63,875 nt of DNA, filler included, from Porpidia crustulata (GCA_964255105.1; 19 parts of 19 records of this genome joined end to end with filler, not necessarily neighbours in it), one strand, 5' to 3'. Positions 1 to 12,241 are shown, counted from the first letter of the whole stretch. A program made the numbers and translations. Notes: generated by a model not told the origin, from the letters alone.

Positions 1-301
1 GCTAGGCTGGTGGGTTAGGGGAAGGGGTGGATGTTGCGGGCGGTCGTGATGGTGGTTTGCTGAGCGAGGTGGATCCTGTCTGGAGCGTGGTTTGGGTTCG
101 ATGGGACGGATGGCGAGGTTATGAGAGAAAGGCGGGAAACAAGAAGCTGGGAATTCATGGGTCTGAAATGGTAGATATATTGAAAAGATACCTCTTCGCC
201 CCCCACGACCCCGATCCAGGCCAAATCCATACAAAAACCACCATATGTACGTTAAATTCATCTCTACATTATCCCATCATGTTACATATACATATCCGAT
301 C

Positions 302-2113
302 TCATCGAATTTTCCGACCTTCAACCAAACGCCACAACGCCCTCAGCACAGCTAAGCCCCCGCTCTGGGTTTCTACCGTTCGGCCTCGTCCTCTGTTGTT
401 TGGATCCCGTGGCCGATCTGTTCCTGCTGAAGCACCGGTACGATAGATCTCAGGATGGTGCTGAGCTGTCAACGGGTCCTCGTCGGGTAAGCGCCACAGA
501 TCGTCGTCTGGGACCCCTCGATTGCGATAGTCTGTTCCTTCTGAGCTTGGGAGCTCGAAGTCTTCGTCGTGAGATGAAGGCAGGGGATGAGATTCGCGGC
601 CCCACCACATGCCAAACTTGCCGCTGCTGTCTCGAGTCACATATGCGGCTTTCGCATTATGTCTGATCCAAGGGCCGTAATCATCGCACTTCGATTGGTG
701 GGAAGCCGCAAGGTCATCATCAGCTTCGAACATAACTCCATCGCCATGGTCGCCTCGCGGTAGAGGAGCGCAAAACAATGTCAAATGATGAAAGAAAATC
801 CCTTTGAACGTCTGACCATCCTGGCTACAAGTCCCCGAGGAGTCGCAAGCCTCTTCCAATACACCATTGCGACCGAGCCCGGCCCATCGCCACCGGTCAG
901 CCGGGTCGTGGGCGAACCAGCCTGTTGCGATGATAACGTTGCGGATGAGTTCGTGACCGTCATGGAGATAGTGTTCGTGCCCTGTTGCTTCCCATAGCCC
1001 TCTCAAGCCGGATAGAAGCACGCCTTGGTTATAGGTGTACACTTGCTCATCTCTGATGTCGCATTTGCCAGTTCCAACGCTACCGTTCTTTCCCCCTTTC
1101 CAACCGCGGATGTGGAAGCCATCCGTGTATAAACCCCTGTTATTCCTCATATTGCTTTTCCTGAGCCAATCGTATGCTTCTGCTGCGGCGTAAAGGTATC
1201 TAGGATCGTGCGCTTTGGCCGGTGGCGATGCACTTTCTCCGATCCCTTGTTTACTGCTAAACGGAGACGTATTGTCGTCGCCTGGGAAATAAAGGTACAT
1301 GCTCACGCTCGCCGAGATATAGAGCTCGTTCGTGATCGCATTTTTGTACGGTGTGAGGTAGGGATTCCACACCATACCGCCGCCGCAAAGGGACGTATCC
1401 CATCCTTTGGCCGCCAGATCATAAAAGACTCGAGCGCGGTGTGCGAATTGAGGTATAAATTGTTGACCGTACCATCTTGACCCATTCTGGTTGATGCCTC
1501 GATCTCTGTCGTCTCCGGAGAATGCGTATTGTAATTTTGAATGCTGATTGATGAATTTGATGCTCTCCAACCAATCCAACACCACCCAAAGCATGTCATC
1601 GTGGGCTTGCGTTCGCAGGGCGAAGGCATTCTCTCCAAAGTAAAACGCCGTCAATTGCGTGAAATATCGATTGATCAAGTTCTCGTGCTCTTGGATCCGA
1701 TCCAGGACCTCCTCAGGCTTCGCCAAATCGATCGTGCATGCTATTGACTCCGTAAACGCTGAAAGCGTCGCAGAGACGTGCGTTCCCATGACCGCAGCGG
1801 TCCAGTCAATGGCGCTCGGCCAGTCTCCTTGCCAGATCTGAAAGTAGTGCGACTGCATAGTCTCGAGCGCGTCGACGAGGCTGGACAAGGCATTGAGGTC
1901 TTTGAGGGGCGCCCTCTGGTTGTCATACTGTACAGGCGGCCCATAATGAGATATGGAAGGTAGCTGCTGCTGCAAATTGTCCCCAGGACGCGAAGGATTC
2001 CCGCTTAAATACTGCTGCTCCAAACCATCGGTATTATGCGGTAAAGTAATGGTGCCTTGCGGCACCGCGTCAATTATTCGCAAGTAAAGGATCCATAGAA
2101 TAGGGAATATCAT
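302..2113 (-). CDS. Glycoside hydrolase family 76 (alpha-1,6-mannanase/Dfg5-Dcw1-like) protein
   Basis: 603-aa uninterrupted ORF with signal-peptide-like N-terminus, catalytic-type DD motif (AHDDMLWVVL), CGGGMVW, YKNAITNEL, YTYNQG and QTFKGIF motifs typical of GH76. Confidence 0.9.
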   Translation of the reverse strand: MIFPILWILYLRIIDAVPQGTITLPHNTDGLEQQYLSGNPSRPGDNLQQQLPSISHYGPPVQYDNQRAPLKDLNALSSLVDALETMQSHYFQIWQGDWPSAIDWTAAVMGTHVSATLSAFTESIACTIDLAKPEEVLDRIQEHENLINRYFTQLTAFYFGENAFALRTQAHDDMLWVVLDWLESIKFINQHSKLQYAFSGDDRDRGINQNGSRWYGQQFIPQFAHRARVFYDLAAKGWDTSLCGGGMVWNPYLTPYKNAITNELYISASVSMYLYFPGDDNTSPFSSKQGIGESASPPAKAHDPRYLYAAAEAYDWLRKSNMRNNRGLYTDGFHIRGWKGGKNGSVGTGKCDIRDEQVYTYNQGVLLSGLRGLWEATGHEHYLHDGHELIRNVIIATGWFAHDPADRWRWAGLGRNGVLEEACDSSGTCSQDGQTFKGIFFHHLTLFCAPLPRGDHGDGVMFEADDDLAASHQSKCDDYGPWIRHNAKAAYVTRDSSGKFGMWWGRESHPLPSSHDEDFELPSSEGTDYRNRGVPDDDLWRLPDEDPLTAQHHPEIYRTGASAGTDRPRDPNNRGRGRTVETQSGGLAVLRALWRLVEGRKIR

Positions 2114-2483
2114 CGTGCCTGCGTTGAAAGCTCAAAATGCTGCCGCCGTATTCACCTGATCATCTTAAATCCATGCATGAGCGCAAGATCTTGATGGCTG
2201 CCAGCAGCTATACGCAGAGCCACAACGGTATGAAGGTTGGACATGTGGGCCAAGCAATCACATCAGGTTGGCAAGAAACAGAAAGCAGATACTATACAGG
2301 TTCTACGTACTTGCGGGTCCGAAGTAGATGCCCTCAACTTGGAGGCTCAAGCGGGAGATGATGGCATTGACGAGAACCTCACGCTAACCACATCTGGCCA
2401 TAACCCCCATTGCTGTCGCCATGTATCCAGCGGCCTCTTGGCTGCAAAGATGGAGAACAGTTGATTCAAACTACTAAGAACGC

Positions 2484-2493
2484 AAAAGAAAAA
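2484..2493 (-). terminator. Pol III oligo(T) terminator of tRNA-Leu
   Basis: Minus strand reads TTTTTCTTTT starting 8 nt after the discriminator base (2501). Confidence 0.75.
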
Positions 2494-2500
2494 GTTTTGT

Positions 2501-2639
2501 TGACAACTGAGGGATTCGAACTTTATTGCGTTAGTCAAGAACAATTCGATCGTGGGTAGTTGACGTACCCCTCGCTCTTTCGAACAGGTAAGATACAGAA
2601 TTCCTGAAACCTGCGCCATAACCACTCGGCCAAGTTGCC
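2501..2639 (-). tRNA. tRNA-Leu(CAG) with a 12-nt canonical 37/38 intron (2591-2602) and a 48-nt spliceosomal-type intron at 53/54 (2521-2568)
   Basis: Minus strand: GGCAACT TG GCC GAGTGGTTAT GGC G CAGGT TT CAG G [AATTCTGTATCT] T ACCTG TTCGAAAGAGC GAGGG [48 nt] TTCGAAT CCCTC AGTTGTC A. Acceptor, D, anticodon and T stems all pair; long variable arm, G37 and A73 fit Leu; mature length 79 nt. Confidence 0.92.
2521..2568 (-). other. Spliceosomal-type (GT-AG) intron inside the tRNA-Leu T arm
   Basis: GTACGT CAACTACCCACGATCGAATTGTTCTT GACTAAC GCAATAAAG: fungal consensus 5' splice site, branch site RCTAAC and 3' AAG; exact removal gives GAGGG-TTCGAAT-CCCTC. Confidence 0.85.
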
Positions 2640-3329
2640 TTTCGACCAAATGGCCCTTAGCTAAAATATATTGTTTTAAACTGAGTAAATGAGTTGCACG
2701 GGTTGTCCAACTCTCTCCTGCATCTCACTCGTTTTCGACATTACCATCTTTCCAAAGCGGTATTTTCAGTGCAAGTGCAAGAGAGAGTACCAAAATTCAC
2801 AATTGCGCGAAATCGTTTCCTAGGCAAACAATTCCGGCTTTGTCACACAGCATCCGACGTATCGCTGTAGACATCGCATTCAAGGATACGGAGGATTCGC
2901 GATTGACTGTAGTATTGTTCAAAGCCGCTGTTGCCGCAGAGAATTGGTCGTATATGACGAGTCGGAACCCATATAACAATCCAACCCTTTCCATGCTACA
3001 AAATTCGCCTCCAGATTGCAGTCACCACCCTTGAGATTCTCGGAAATCTAACCCTTATCCAAGCACCCTTCCTAGCGCACAATCTCGTAGAATCTCCAAC
3101 GCAACCCCTTCGCATCACTACCAAAGCATTAGCATCATATCTCCCCCAACCAACCAACAAACCCGCTCACCTCGCCGCTCAAGCTTAATACAAGCTGAGT
3201 AACCTCTCCGCCTCCCCGCGTCAGAGATCTCAGCATACCCTCCTTGGGACCCAGACCCTCACTGCTCAATAGTCCCCGTCACCCATAAAATCCATCACTT
3301 GCACCCACCGCCTACTCCCCCTTCACTTC

Positions 3330-3429
3330 NNNNNNNNNNNNNNNNNNNNNNNNNNNNNNNNNNNNNNNNNNNNTTAATTAATTAANNNNNNNNNNNNNNN
3401 NNNNNNNNNNNNNNNNNNNNNNNNNNNNN
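3330..3429. other. Artificial contig linker N44-TTAATTAATTAA-N44 (first of 18)
   Basis: Identical 100-nt stop-codon spacer also at 6757, 10179, 13601, 17018, 20412, 23797, 27174, 30537, 33900, 37259, 40612, 43958, 47302, 50632, 53956, 57277 and 60596; the contigs between them shrink from 3327 to 3219 nt. Confidence 0.99.
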
Positions 3430-3724
3430 AAGTGGGGTGTGCAGGGGACCGGAACGTGCACGGGCCCGGGAATACTCCTAAAGGCAGATCAACTTTCAAC
3501 CTTTGACTTTGATCAACCTTCCAGTGCATCTGGTCAATCGCACAATTCGTTGATTCTCATCAACTTGCCAGAGAGCTTCTTGAAATCATCACGTATTTAT
3601 GTGGCGTGGTCTAGGACTACTCGCTTGAACTTGGTCCATCTCTAGTCCAAGTGAATCATCGCAACGCCTTTCAACCCACAAAGCGTTACGATATTTCGTG
3701 GTGCCTGAAATCCTTGGTTCAGCT

Positions 3725-4388
3725 ATGGCAATCGCTAGGTTGCCGCCGTTACTACGTCTCCCTCCTGAAATACGGGAACTGATCTTACGGCCATTCCTAA
3801 CGACGGATGACACTTTACTATGTTCATCCAGAGTTTTCGGAAATCGGGTTCTTGGCTGGAAAACTTACCATGGAGTTCAGCCTGAGCTTATGTTTACTTG
3901 CCGTTTATTGTACCTTGAAGTGCTTCACATGTTTGTTCGGTCGAATGTATTTTCATTTTCAGTACCTCCCACTACAACAACCTTCTTTTGCGTTCGTCAT
4001 GCCCCATACACAAAATCGATAAGAATTCAGATGCTTTGCCGGCACTGGCCCCTTTGGCAGACGTACCTCCGTGAGAATACACCTTTGACAGTGAAGGCGC
4101 TGCATCTTCAAATTCTTCCTCCTATGTCCATCGGCTCGAGGGGCAGCCACGATCATCTTGTTGACCTTCTCAATTTATGTGCATGCGTGATGGATAGTAT
4201 TATCGTAACAGAAAGTGTCAAGGTTGTCATGGCATTTGAAAAAAGGCAGTCAATACGCAGTCAGCAGTTGCAGTCCGTTCTCTAGCATCACAAACACTGA
4301 CGTGCTTTGCAGGTGTGCAAGAGTGCTTATTCAAAGCCTTGGTACCTGGTACGAAGGACAAAACATCATTCTTGGCACTGAAGACTAG
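3725..4388 (+). CDS. Fungal hypothetical protein with F-box-like N-terminal motif
   Basis: LLRLPPEIRELIL...LMFTCRLLYLE...N(V)FSF pattern common in Pezizomycotina F-box-like proteins; probable intron about 4249-4312 (CTGAC...GCAG) before the last exon. Confidence 0.55.
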
Positions 4389-5164
4389 AGTCGAAGCCAC
4401 GAAGTCTTAATTTGACGTCCTGGCACGCCCGATGCTTTAGCCTATACGTCCACAGTACTATTGATAAAATTTCCGGTGCATGGCAAGGAGCGGTCATATA
4501 GGACCCAGAATGCTTTTTACTAGCCTTACGCTGGACAACGGCCTTGTGAGAGTGAGCCCAGGATTTTGTTCATCAGGCGCTGCGCGAAACCTCTTTCGCT
4601 TCCCTGACGGCTTCTGAGATATGGATGCCATGGACAGCAAATTCTGGCTCGTTCTGAGTCGCATCTTGATGGACCCATCCGGAAATTTTAGGCCAGAACC
4701 GACTACTCCATCGTCTCTTTGACCATCCCATAACCATTGAGGTTAATCCAATGCGGGAATGGTATAGATTTATTCTGTAGCTCATAAGAAAACCAGTGTC
4801 TCAGTAGCCTGATTGGTAATGTCGAAGCATTGTTGATTACCCTAACTTTTACCATGAAGAGCCCAGGCGTGCCAGGTTCGCAAAGTCAAACTTGGGGGGA
4901 TCCTTTAAAAGCTTGCCCGTGGATCTCAACCAGCACTTTACGGGATTCTTTGGTGAAACCAAGATGAGGGTGCATATAGAATAAACAATGCATATGGTAC
5001 GCAGACTTTTTGTGACTGAGCGTGGTGCACTAAAAGGCGAACACGGCGCCACAATATTCAGCAAAGAATATCGATAATACCATAATTTACCAAATGCACG
5101 TGGCAAGTTTTCCTTCATGACATGCAGACAAGCATTGTTTACTGCTGAGCGATTGCAACCCTCC

Positions 5165-5986
5165 TTAAGCGCCCCTCTCAAAGACCCTCACTCCCCCATC
5201 TCCACTGACATAGTACAAAACCTCCTTCTCTTCTACCTCATCTGTGTCATCTCCTCCCCTCGTAATCCTCAGAACTCCACTGACATCCCTCGCCGCACCA
5301 GTATCCAATCCTCGCAATCCCATTACAATTCCCGCCTGGTGCATTAATCCCATCACGAATGCTGCATGATCAACTTCAAGCGGAGTATTCCTTGCCTGCA
5401 CAAGTGGGTAGTCTGCAGATGCCGTTACAATTATGGCGTGAACATGCTGTTGGGGGAAAGTATGAGCCGCTTGTTCGAATCTTATGCATTTAATCGTAGG
5501 GGTTCCCACCTCTCGGAGCTCGCAAACCACATCCAGCACCTCCATCGCTTCCACACTTGTAGCCGCAAGTAAGAAATCCAAACCATCCAGCACCAACAAT
5601 ACGCGACAGCCTTCCTCTTGTACCTTCACAATCGCAGCCAGAATCTCTTTCTCCGCTGCAGCAATCCCCCCTTCTCCCATCCCAATTCTCCCTCCTAACC
5701 CATCCACAAAAACGACCTTGTTACCCTTCTGGAAGTCGGTGCCCAATTTTCTTCCCGCACTCCTCCATCCTTCCCAGTCTCTCAGCCAGCTCACCAATAC
5801 AACCTTCGCGTCGCCTCCATCTGCATTTCCTGCGCTCTGATCTCTCAGCGCAGCATAGATGTATCGAAGTACGAGCCAATTCGCTGATGCGTTGAGCACA
5901 GAAGTGAGGAGGCTTAGGGAGCGTGCCTGCGGAAGCGAAGAGAGATGGGTGGATAGGAGAGGAGGGATATGGGGTTGAGAGGGCAT
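5165..5986 (-). CDS. ELP6: Elongator complex subunit Elp6
   Basis: RecA-like fold motifs LLTSVLNASANWLVLRY, VVLVSWLRD, LVLDGLDFL, LDTGAARDVSGVLRI and LYYVSGDGGVRVFERG; one short in-frame intron about 5447-5509. Confidence 0.85.
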   Translation of the reverse strand: MPSQPHIPPLLSTHLSSLPQARSLSLLTSVLNASANWLVLRYIYAALRDQSAGNADGGDAKVVLVSWLRDWEGWRSAGRKLGTDFQKGNKVVFVDGLGGRIGMGEGGIAAAEKEILAAIVKVQEEGCRVLLVLDGLDFLLAATSVEAMEVLDVVCELREVGTPTIKCIRFEQAAHTFPQQHVHAIIVTASADYPLVQARNTPLEVDHAAFVMGLMHQAGIVMGLRGLDTGAARDVSGVLRITRGGDDTDEVEEKEVLYYVSGDGGVRVFERGA

Positions 5987-6425
5987 AGGATGTAGTTGAA
6001 TGAAGAGATTTATGGCGAGGGTAGGTGATGGTGAGTTTTGCGGAGGGCGTCTAAAGACTTGGAAACAAGGGAATGCATCTCCAAGATAACGAAGCTTGAA
6101 AACGGGTACGTCTCAACTCGACCATTTATACACTATGAATGCGACATGACTGTCCGAACTGTCTCCAAAAATCCAAAGAGTCGAATGTCTTGCCCAGCGA
6201 ATATCCCGAGTTTAAAGTAACCAAAAATAAACCCCCCGCTAGGGCTGGACCCTCCCCACACCAAACCCGCTAAGCGAATTTCGACATCACGAACTTCAGC
6301 CCGCAACAGCGAATCCAGCAACGACATCACGACATCCAAACCACAGCAAAGGGTGAGCTATCCTGCCTCCCACCACCATTAGATTACCTTCACTAACCAC
6401 ATCGCCTCAGATACTCTGATCCAAA

Positions 6426-6756
<331 letters not shown>

Positions 6757-7211
6757 NNNNNNNNNNNNNNNNNNNNNNNNNNNNNNNNNNNNNNNNNNNN
6801 TTAATTAATTAANNNNNNNNNNNNNNNNNNNNNNNNNNNNNNNNNNNNNNNNNNNNGAATGAGAGGGTGGGGGAGGTGGTGAGGTGTGCGTGTTGCGAGG
6901 ATTTTTTGGGATGTAGAGGAGTGGTGATTTTCGGATTGAAGATTCAATGCAGATGCGGAATTTTCCGCTTTAGGTTGTATCTAAGAGCGCGTTTTGGGCA
7001 CGGCGTATATTTGGATTCATACGAGTAAAGTGAACATGACAAGGAGCATGTTTGGGTATATAAGACTAACCAGAATTTAAGAAGGTCGGAGAATTGCAAT
7101 TGATATTATAACGAGTGTTTTATTATTCTCAGGCCGATTAGCGGGATATAGAGCGATCAAGCCGACAGCGACAAGCTGCAACTTGTATCGACATCCTCCA
7201 CTAACCATTCC

Positions 7212-7976
7212 TTATGCGCCGAGATACCCATATGCCATGGTCGACACAACGCCCAAGAGCCCACCTGCCATTCCACATGCCATCATCTTCTTGTTGTCCG
7301 GTTTGCTGCCGGTACCTCTCGGTCTCTCGCCCGTGCCCTCATCCACGACGTAATGTCTTGCGAACAGATCGTTTTGGATCCAGAGTAGCTTGTTCCATGC
7401 CGAGAGCACTTCTTTCTTCGTTGCCATGTCTAGTTGGTCCATGCCTAAGACTGTGCTGACGAATATCTCCTCCACGTATCCCAAGAGTAGACCCATGTGC
7501 ATGTATTCCACTCGTAAGTCTGGTCTGTGGATACGATGCTTCAGCCCAGGGACACCGGTGTGTGCGATTCCGACTTTATCCATATATTCCCAGAGTGGTG
7601 AACTCGGAGTCCAGTCTCCATTGTTGAGAATTCTAAGCAGGTATCCCTTCAAAAAATTCTTTTGGCGCATGATGTGGGAGTGGTTCAAGCTGAGGTCTTG
7701 GGCTTTGGTAGGAGCAGGACCAATCTCATGGCGATCACCTTGGCGGGGCACAAATGCCATGGCAGTAATGTCGTATGTGAGGAGCTTGGTATAGACCATG
7801 TCTAGAATGCTCGGGAGGAGAGGGACAAGAAGAGGATTTGAAGCATTGATTGCGGCACCGTCACTGGGGGTGAAGGAGAGAAAAGAAGTGGTATAGGATA
7901 AACGACTGGAGACGTCTAAGAGCGACAGCGAAGAGATGTGATTCATCGGACTACGGACTTTCTCCATGGTGGCCAT
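7212..7976 (-). CDS. Protoglobin/globin-sensor domain protein with C-terminal hydrophobic tail
   Basis: SFLSFTPSD...VYTKLLTYDITAMAF...YMDKVGIAHTG...LRVEYMHMGLLLGYV...AWNKLLWIQNDLFARHY match fungal protoglobin-like proteins. Confidence 0.8.
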   Translation of the reverse strand: MATMEKVRSPMNHISSLSLLDVSSRLSYTTSFLSFTPSDGAAINASNPLLVPLLPSILDMVYTKLLTYDITAMAFVPRQGDRHEIGPAPTKAQDLSLNHSHIMRQKNFLKGYLLRILNNGDWTPSSPLWEYMDKVGIAHTGVPGLKHRIHRPDLRVEYMHMGLLLGYVEEIFVSTVLGMDQLDMATKKEVLSAWNKLLWIQNDLFARHYVVDEGTGERPRGTGSKPDNKKMMACGMAGGLLGVVSTMAYGYLGA

Positions 7977-8556
7977 TTTTTCTTGAGAGTGAAATTGAGA
8001 AAAGGAAAGGACTTTGGAAGAGATTTACAGAAAGGCTCGGAGAGACTACAAGTACCAAAAGGAAAAGGAGGGGTTAGTTGAATGTGGCAGTCATGTTAGT
8101 TGGGTCGAATATTTGCGCCTACATCTGACATATTTGAGATGAATAGAGTTCGCGGGTACAGTCAGTGAAGCTAGATAGATACCGGCACGACTGGCACGAC
8201 TGGGCAGGGAGACAGGGTGGCAGGCCATATCTTGCTGGCCATCAACATCTCCGTGGAGCAGAAGATGTTGATAAAGAGCGTTTCCTCGCGGTACAAGCCT
8301 GGATGTATAGTTTGACGACGTCTGTGTCCATTTGTACTGCACACAACGCATGCGAATTCTTTGATGAACAATTCAGAAGGTTTCCACAGTGTCAAGTTTT
8401 AAGCCGCAGCGGGAATGGCTTTAAACGGACACTGTACGTAATTTAGCGCTAGGCTGCTTTTAGCGATATGGAATTAGCTCGTTAATGGCCAACTCCACTA
8501 CGAATCCATTCCTCGTTCATTACACACTCATCTATCTTTACAGACCGGGCACTGCG

Positions 8557-9878
8557 ATGAACACGCAGGCACTTACCCTACGCCTTCAGTTGCTCTCTGA
8601 TGCTCACAAACAAACCGTACAGCTCATCAGCCGACTCTCCAAACTACCAGCTCACCTAGGTTCAAGTTCTTCGAATCCAGACGCAGCTGATGCCCGTCAG
8701 GAGCTGAGTGCCGAGATACACCAGGGCTTGAAAGAGCAAGACGAGGATCTTGAGCTCTTACGTCAAGAAATTGAAGACCAGACTAATACTGTGAGTTGGA
8801 CGTCTGCTGCTCGGAGAAGGGAAAGCGAACGGGAGCGAGATCAAAGTGGGCTGGCAGCGCAGGTTGCACGACTTGGAGACGATCTAAAGATGTCAGACTA
8901 CACAGCACTCAATAACAATTAATGAACCGCTGACATGTAATGGTTAGTGCCCGTATACAATTTCGGAAAGCCCAGCTACAAGCGAAACGTAACGCCGAAA
9001 CCGCCAAGCGAAAGGAAAGAGGGCTTCTGTTTGCAAGCGTCCAGGAGGGTAACAGCACATCTAGCTCTGGCCGGCGAAAAGGAAAAGAATTGTCTCAGGA
9101 CGAACTGATACTCAACGCCTCGAGTGACGTAACAGCTGCACTGCGAAGGACACATGATTTAATGCAACAGGAGCTCTCACGAAGCCAATTTGCACAGGAC
9201 ACACTAGTGCAATCTACTGCAGCTCTCTCGACCCTCTCAGAGTCTTACGATAATCTTGACACACTCCTGTCGTCGTCGCGTTCTCTTGTTTCCACCTTGA
9301 TACATTCAAACAAATCGGATACATGGTATCTCGAGACTGCTTTCTGGCTCCTTGTCACTACCATCTCCTGGCTTGTATTCCGTCGTATTCTTTACGGTCC
9401 TGGGTGGTGGTTACTTTACCTGCCAACTAAGCTGATGTGGCGTTTGACCTCCGCAATCCTGAACGTCTTTGTAGCACTTTTAGGCGCAGCAGGGGCAACA
9501 AAACAGAGCGCCGCACTTTCCAACGCCTCGGAGCAAATCTCCACGAGTTTGGTCGTGCAGCCCAGCGCGACACGCGGCGTTATACCCACCTTTGAGGCAA
9601 GTATGTCAGCGCCGTCGATTAATGTAGGTGGCGGAGGCAAAGGTCGGCCGCCTCCGGAGTCTCCTCAGAGCGAAGACAAAACTCTATCCGAGCAGGTCGG
9701 TGAGATGGTAGAAGCGAGCCAAAAGGCTAAAGATGTGAAAGTTGAGAGCTCGCAGCCGGCAGCCGCGCAAGGAACGGTGCTGAGGGAACGAAGAAATGAT
9801 GAGGCACCCAATCCGAAGAAGAGGATGTGGGACGAACCACCGCCACAGGAGGAAGCGAGGCAAAGGGATGAGCTATGA
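8557..9878 (+). CDS. SEC20: SNARE Sec20 (ER-Golgi retrograde transport)
   Basis: Two ORFs joined in frame by intron 8892-8947; Sec20 domain ASSDVTAALRRTHDLMQQELSRSQFA...KSDTWYL followed by a TM segment ending WLVFRRILYGP. Confidence 0.88.
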
Positions 9879-10278
9879 TATTGTCACCAATCAAGATACC
9901 CATAAGTATATAATCACAATCAACGTTTGCGATCGGACTTACATTCCGTGCGTTCCAGTTACACGAAGCAGAGCCACAAAATTATGCATTTATATACTAT
10001 ACCGCTAACCTCATTCCGCAAAGGTGGACAGAAAAGCTTTCGTTTCATCGCCAAACATCAATGTGCTGGGTATTGTATTCTTGCTCCCCCTTTGCACACA
10101 AAATCTCCTAGTCCATCTCTGAGCGCTCTTCCTACATATCATCATCCCCACCACAACTGCCCCTCCAAACCCCAACCANNNNNNNNNNNNNNNNNNNNNN
10201 NNNNNNNNNNNNNNNNNNNNNNTTAATTAATTAANNNNNNNNNNNNNNNNNNNNNNNNNNNNNNNNNNNNNNNNNNNN

Positions 10279-11792
10279 CTCCCTCCCAGCACCTCCACCC
10301 CTCCCACCCACCTCCGCAGCTCCTCCAGGTCGGACCCCATTTTCTGCAGCTTGATCAGTGTGCCGCCGACCTGCGCGATGGCGTTCTTGCGGTACACGTT
10401 CACCTGGGACAATAGGCGGAGTTCGGTATTGAACTTTGCCATCTTGCGGCTGTTGCCGCCCAGTTTCGTCCAGAGCTGGCTGAGGACCTCGTCCCGGGAG
10501 TGCTTGGCGTGGCTGTCGTCGCGGACGGCGATGGAGTGGATGAGGTCGAGACGGTCTTCCAGGTTGTTGAGCACGGAGAGCAGAGACGAGGCTTCGGAGA
10601 CGAGGCGCTGGATTTCTTGCTCGGCGACGCGGGTGTGTTGGATGTATTGGTCCAGGAGGGCGTCTTCGGTGAACCTAAGAGGTTGGAAAGGCGCGAGGAG
10701 CTGGTTGTCGGATGAGAAGAAAGAAGCGATGGCGCCCCTGTTGCTGTCGCGGATGGAGATGTCGTCGAGCACGCGCATGGTCCAGCGGTTCGTTGTGAGG
10801 ATATTATCGACGGCGCGGCCGATGTGGGAGTTGAATTTCTGAAGGTCATAGGATGCGATACGCGCGGTTTCGATGAAGCCGTCGAATTCAAGGACAAGCT
10901 CGTTGCGGGAGCGGAGCGGGGAGTGGCGGACGATGGTGCGGAGGTCACGGATGGAAGATTCGCTCCGTTTCATATCAAGGGGGAGGGAGACGCCACCGGC
11001 GGATGCTTCAAGCACGTCTTCGAAGTGGGATTGAACGTTCATGAGTTCATCAAAGTGAATCGATGGGGGTGAGTCGCCGGGGTAGATGGAAGAGTGGCAC
11101 ATAGGAAGGTTCAGGAGGGAGGCTCCAGGGATTTTGCAGATGGGTGATATGGCGGAAGAGATAGAGGTGTAAAGAAGGTTTCTTAAGAATAGCAGGAAGC
11201 CTATGAGGATATAGACAGCAACGATGTAAGAGATGGGACCTTTTAGGTTGATCAGTGCGCCTCCTATAACATCGTATGTCCAGCCGATTACTGGCTTCAC
11301 CAGATTCAGAATGTTTTCCGATGAATTTGAGGGACTCTCATGTTTTTCCAACGCTTTTGGCTTTCGACCTCTACTCGCACCGCTCTTTTCTACTGTCTTC
11401 CGTCTTGCATCTGTTTCCCTCGGCGACCTCTCATTTTGGAACCCCCTGGAATCCTGTGACTTCTCCACTGTCTTTCTGGCTCTTAGCTTTGCGCCAAGAC
11501 GAGACCCGTCTAGATCGTTTTCACGTATTGAAGGCATGACAAGATCTGGCTCCACACTGGTAGTGGTGGATGCCCGGGACGATCTTCTGCGCGGTGTTTC
11601 TGGTGAAATCGAGTGGTGTGGTGACTGGTTCGGTGCTCCGAGTCGTGTGGGGCTGGCTGTAATTGACGCGGGTGACATAGATGCTGCCCCGGCCTCGGAA
11701 TCGCTATCATCGCCACTATTTTCTAAAACCCACGATTCTCCTAAATGCGCTTCTGCCCGCGATCGAGCCCGTGATGTCTGTTGCGAAGGCAT
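10279..11792 (-). CDS. Conserved fungal hypothetical protein (one TM plus long coiled coil), 3'-truncated
   Basis: More than 500-codon ORF; S/R-rich N-terminus, TM (ISYIVAVYILIGFLLFL), CKIPG...PMC motif, helical C-terminal region with strong codon bias. Confidence 0.8.
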
Positions 11793-12241
11793 ACTGAGTG
11801 CCTGGGAAGGAAATACACGGCTTTATTTCTCGCTCAAAATTGACTCCGCTGTCTTATTCTGAGCATATATCTGAGCTCTCATAACAATAGGGAATTATGC
11901 TTTTATGATGGTAGTTGACTGTAGCACTTATCACAGCGCAAGCGAAGGGCTTTGCCTCGGGTTGGTTCAAGGTGGATGTTTCCTGGATGCGATGCAGCGC
12001 CAGCCACTAAATATCATGGAGGTCTCGATTTACGCATTAAATGGAGAGTGAAAGGATTAGATATGATAATCATGGTGCTTGTTTTAACGCCTGCCAGTAG
12101 ATAGGTAATTATATAGACTGTGCCATAGAATTGAAGCATGGAAGCTTGCTGATTGGTTTGGCGCAAGCGCGGAGTTGAGCCGCATGCAAGCTTAAAAAAT
12201 ATAAATCAAGTCTCAAAATAGCTTCATTGTGGACGAATTCC

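Noticed and set aside
2604..2608. Reading the tRNA at 2501-2639 as a UCA (Sec/opal suppressor) or a CUG-reassigned Ser tRNA
   Set aside because: The 5-bp CAGGT/ACCTG stem places CAG at 34-36, and G37 with A73 fits Leu rather than Ser or Sec
3000..3329. Minus-strand intron-like segment (GTGAGC...GCTAAT...TAG) near the first contig end as another interrupted ncRNA
   Set aside because: The joined flanks give no tRNA or snRNA structure; probably the 3' end of a truncated protein-coding gene
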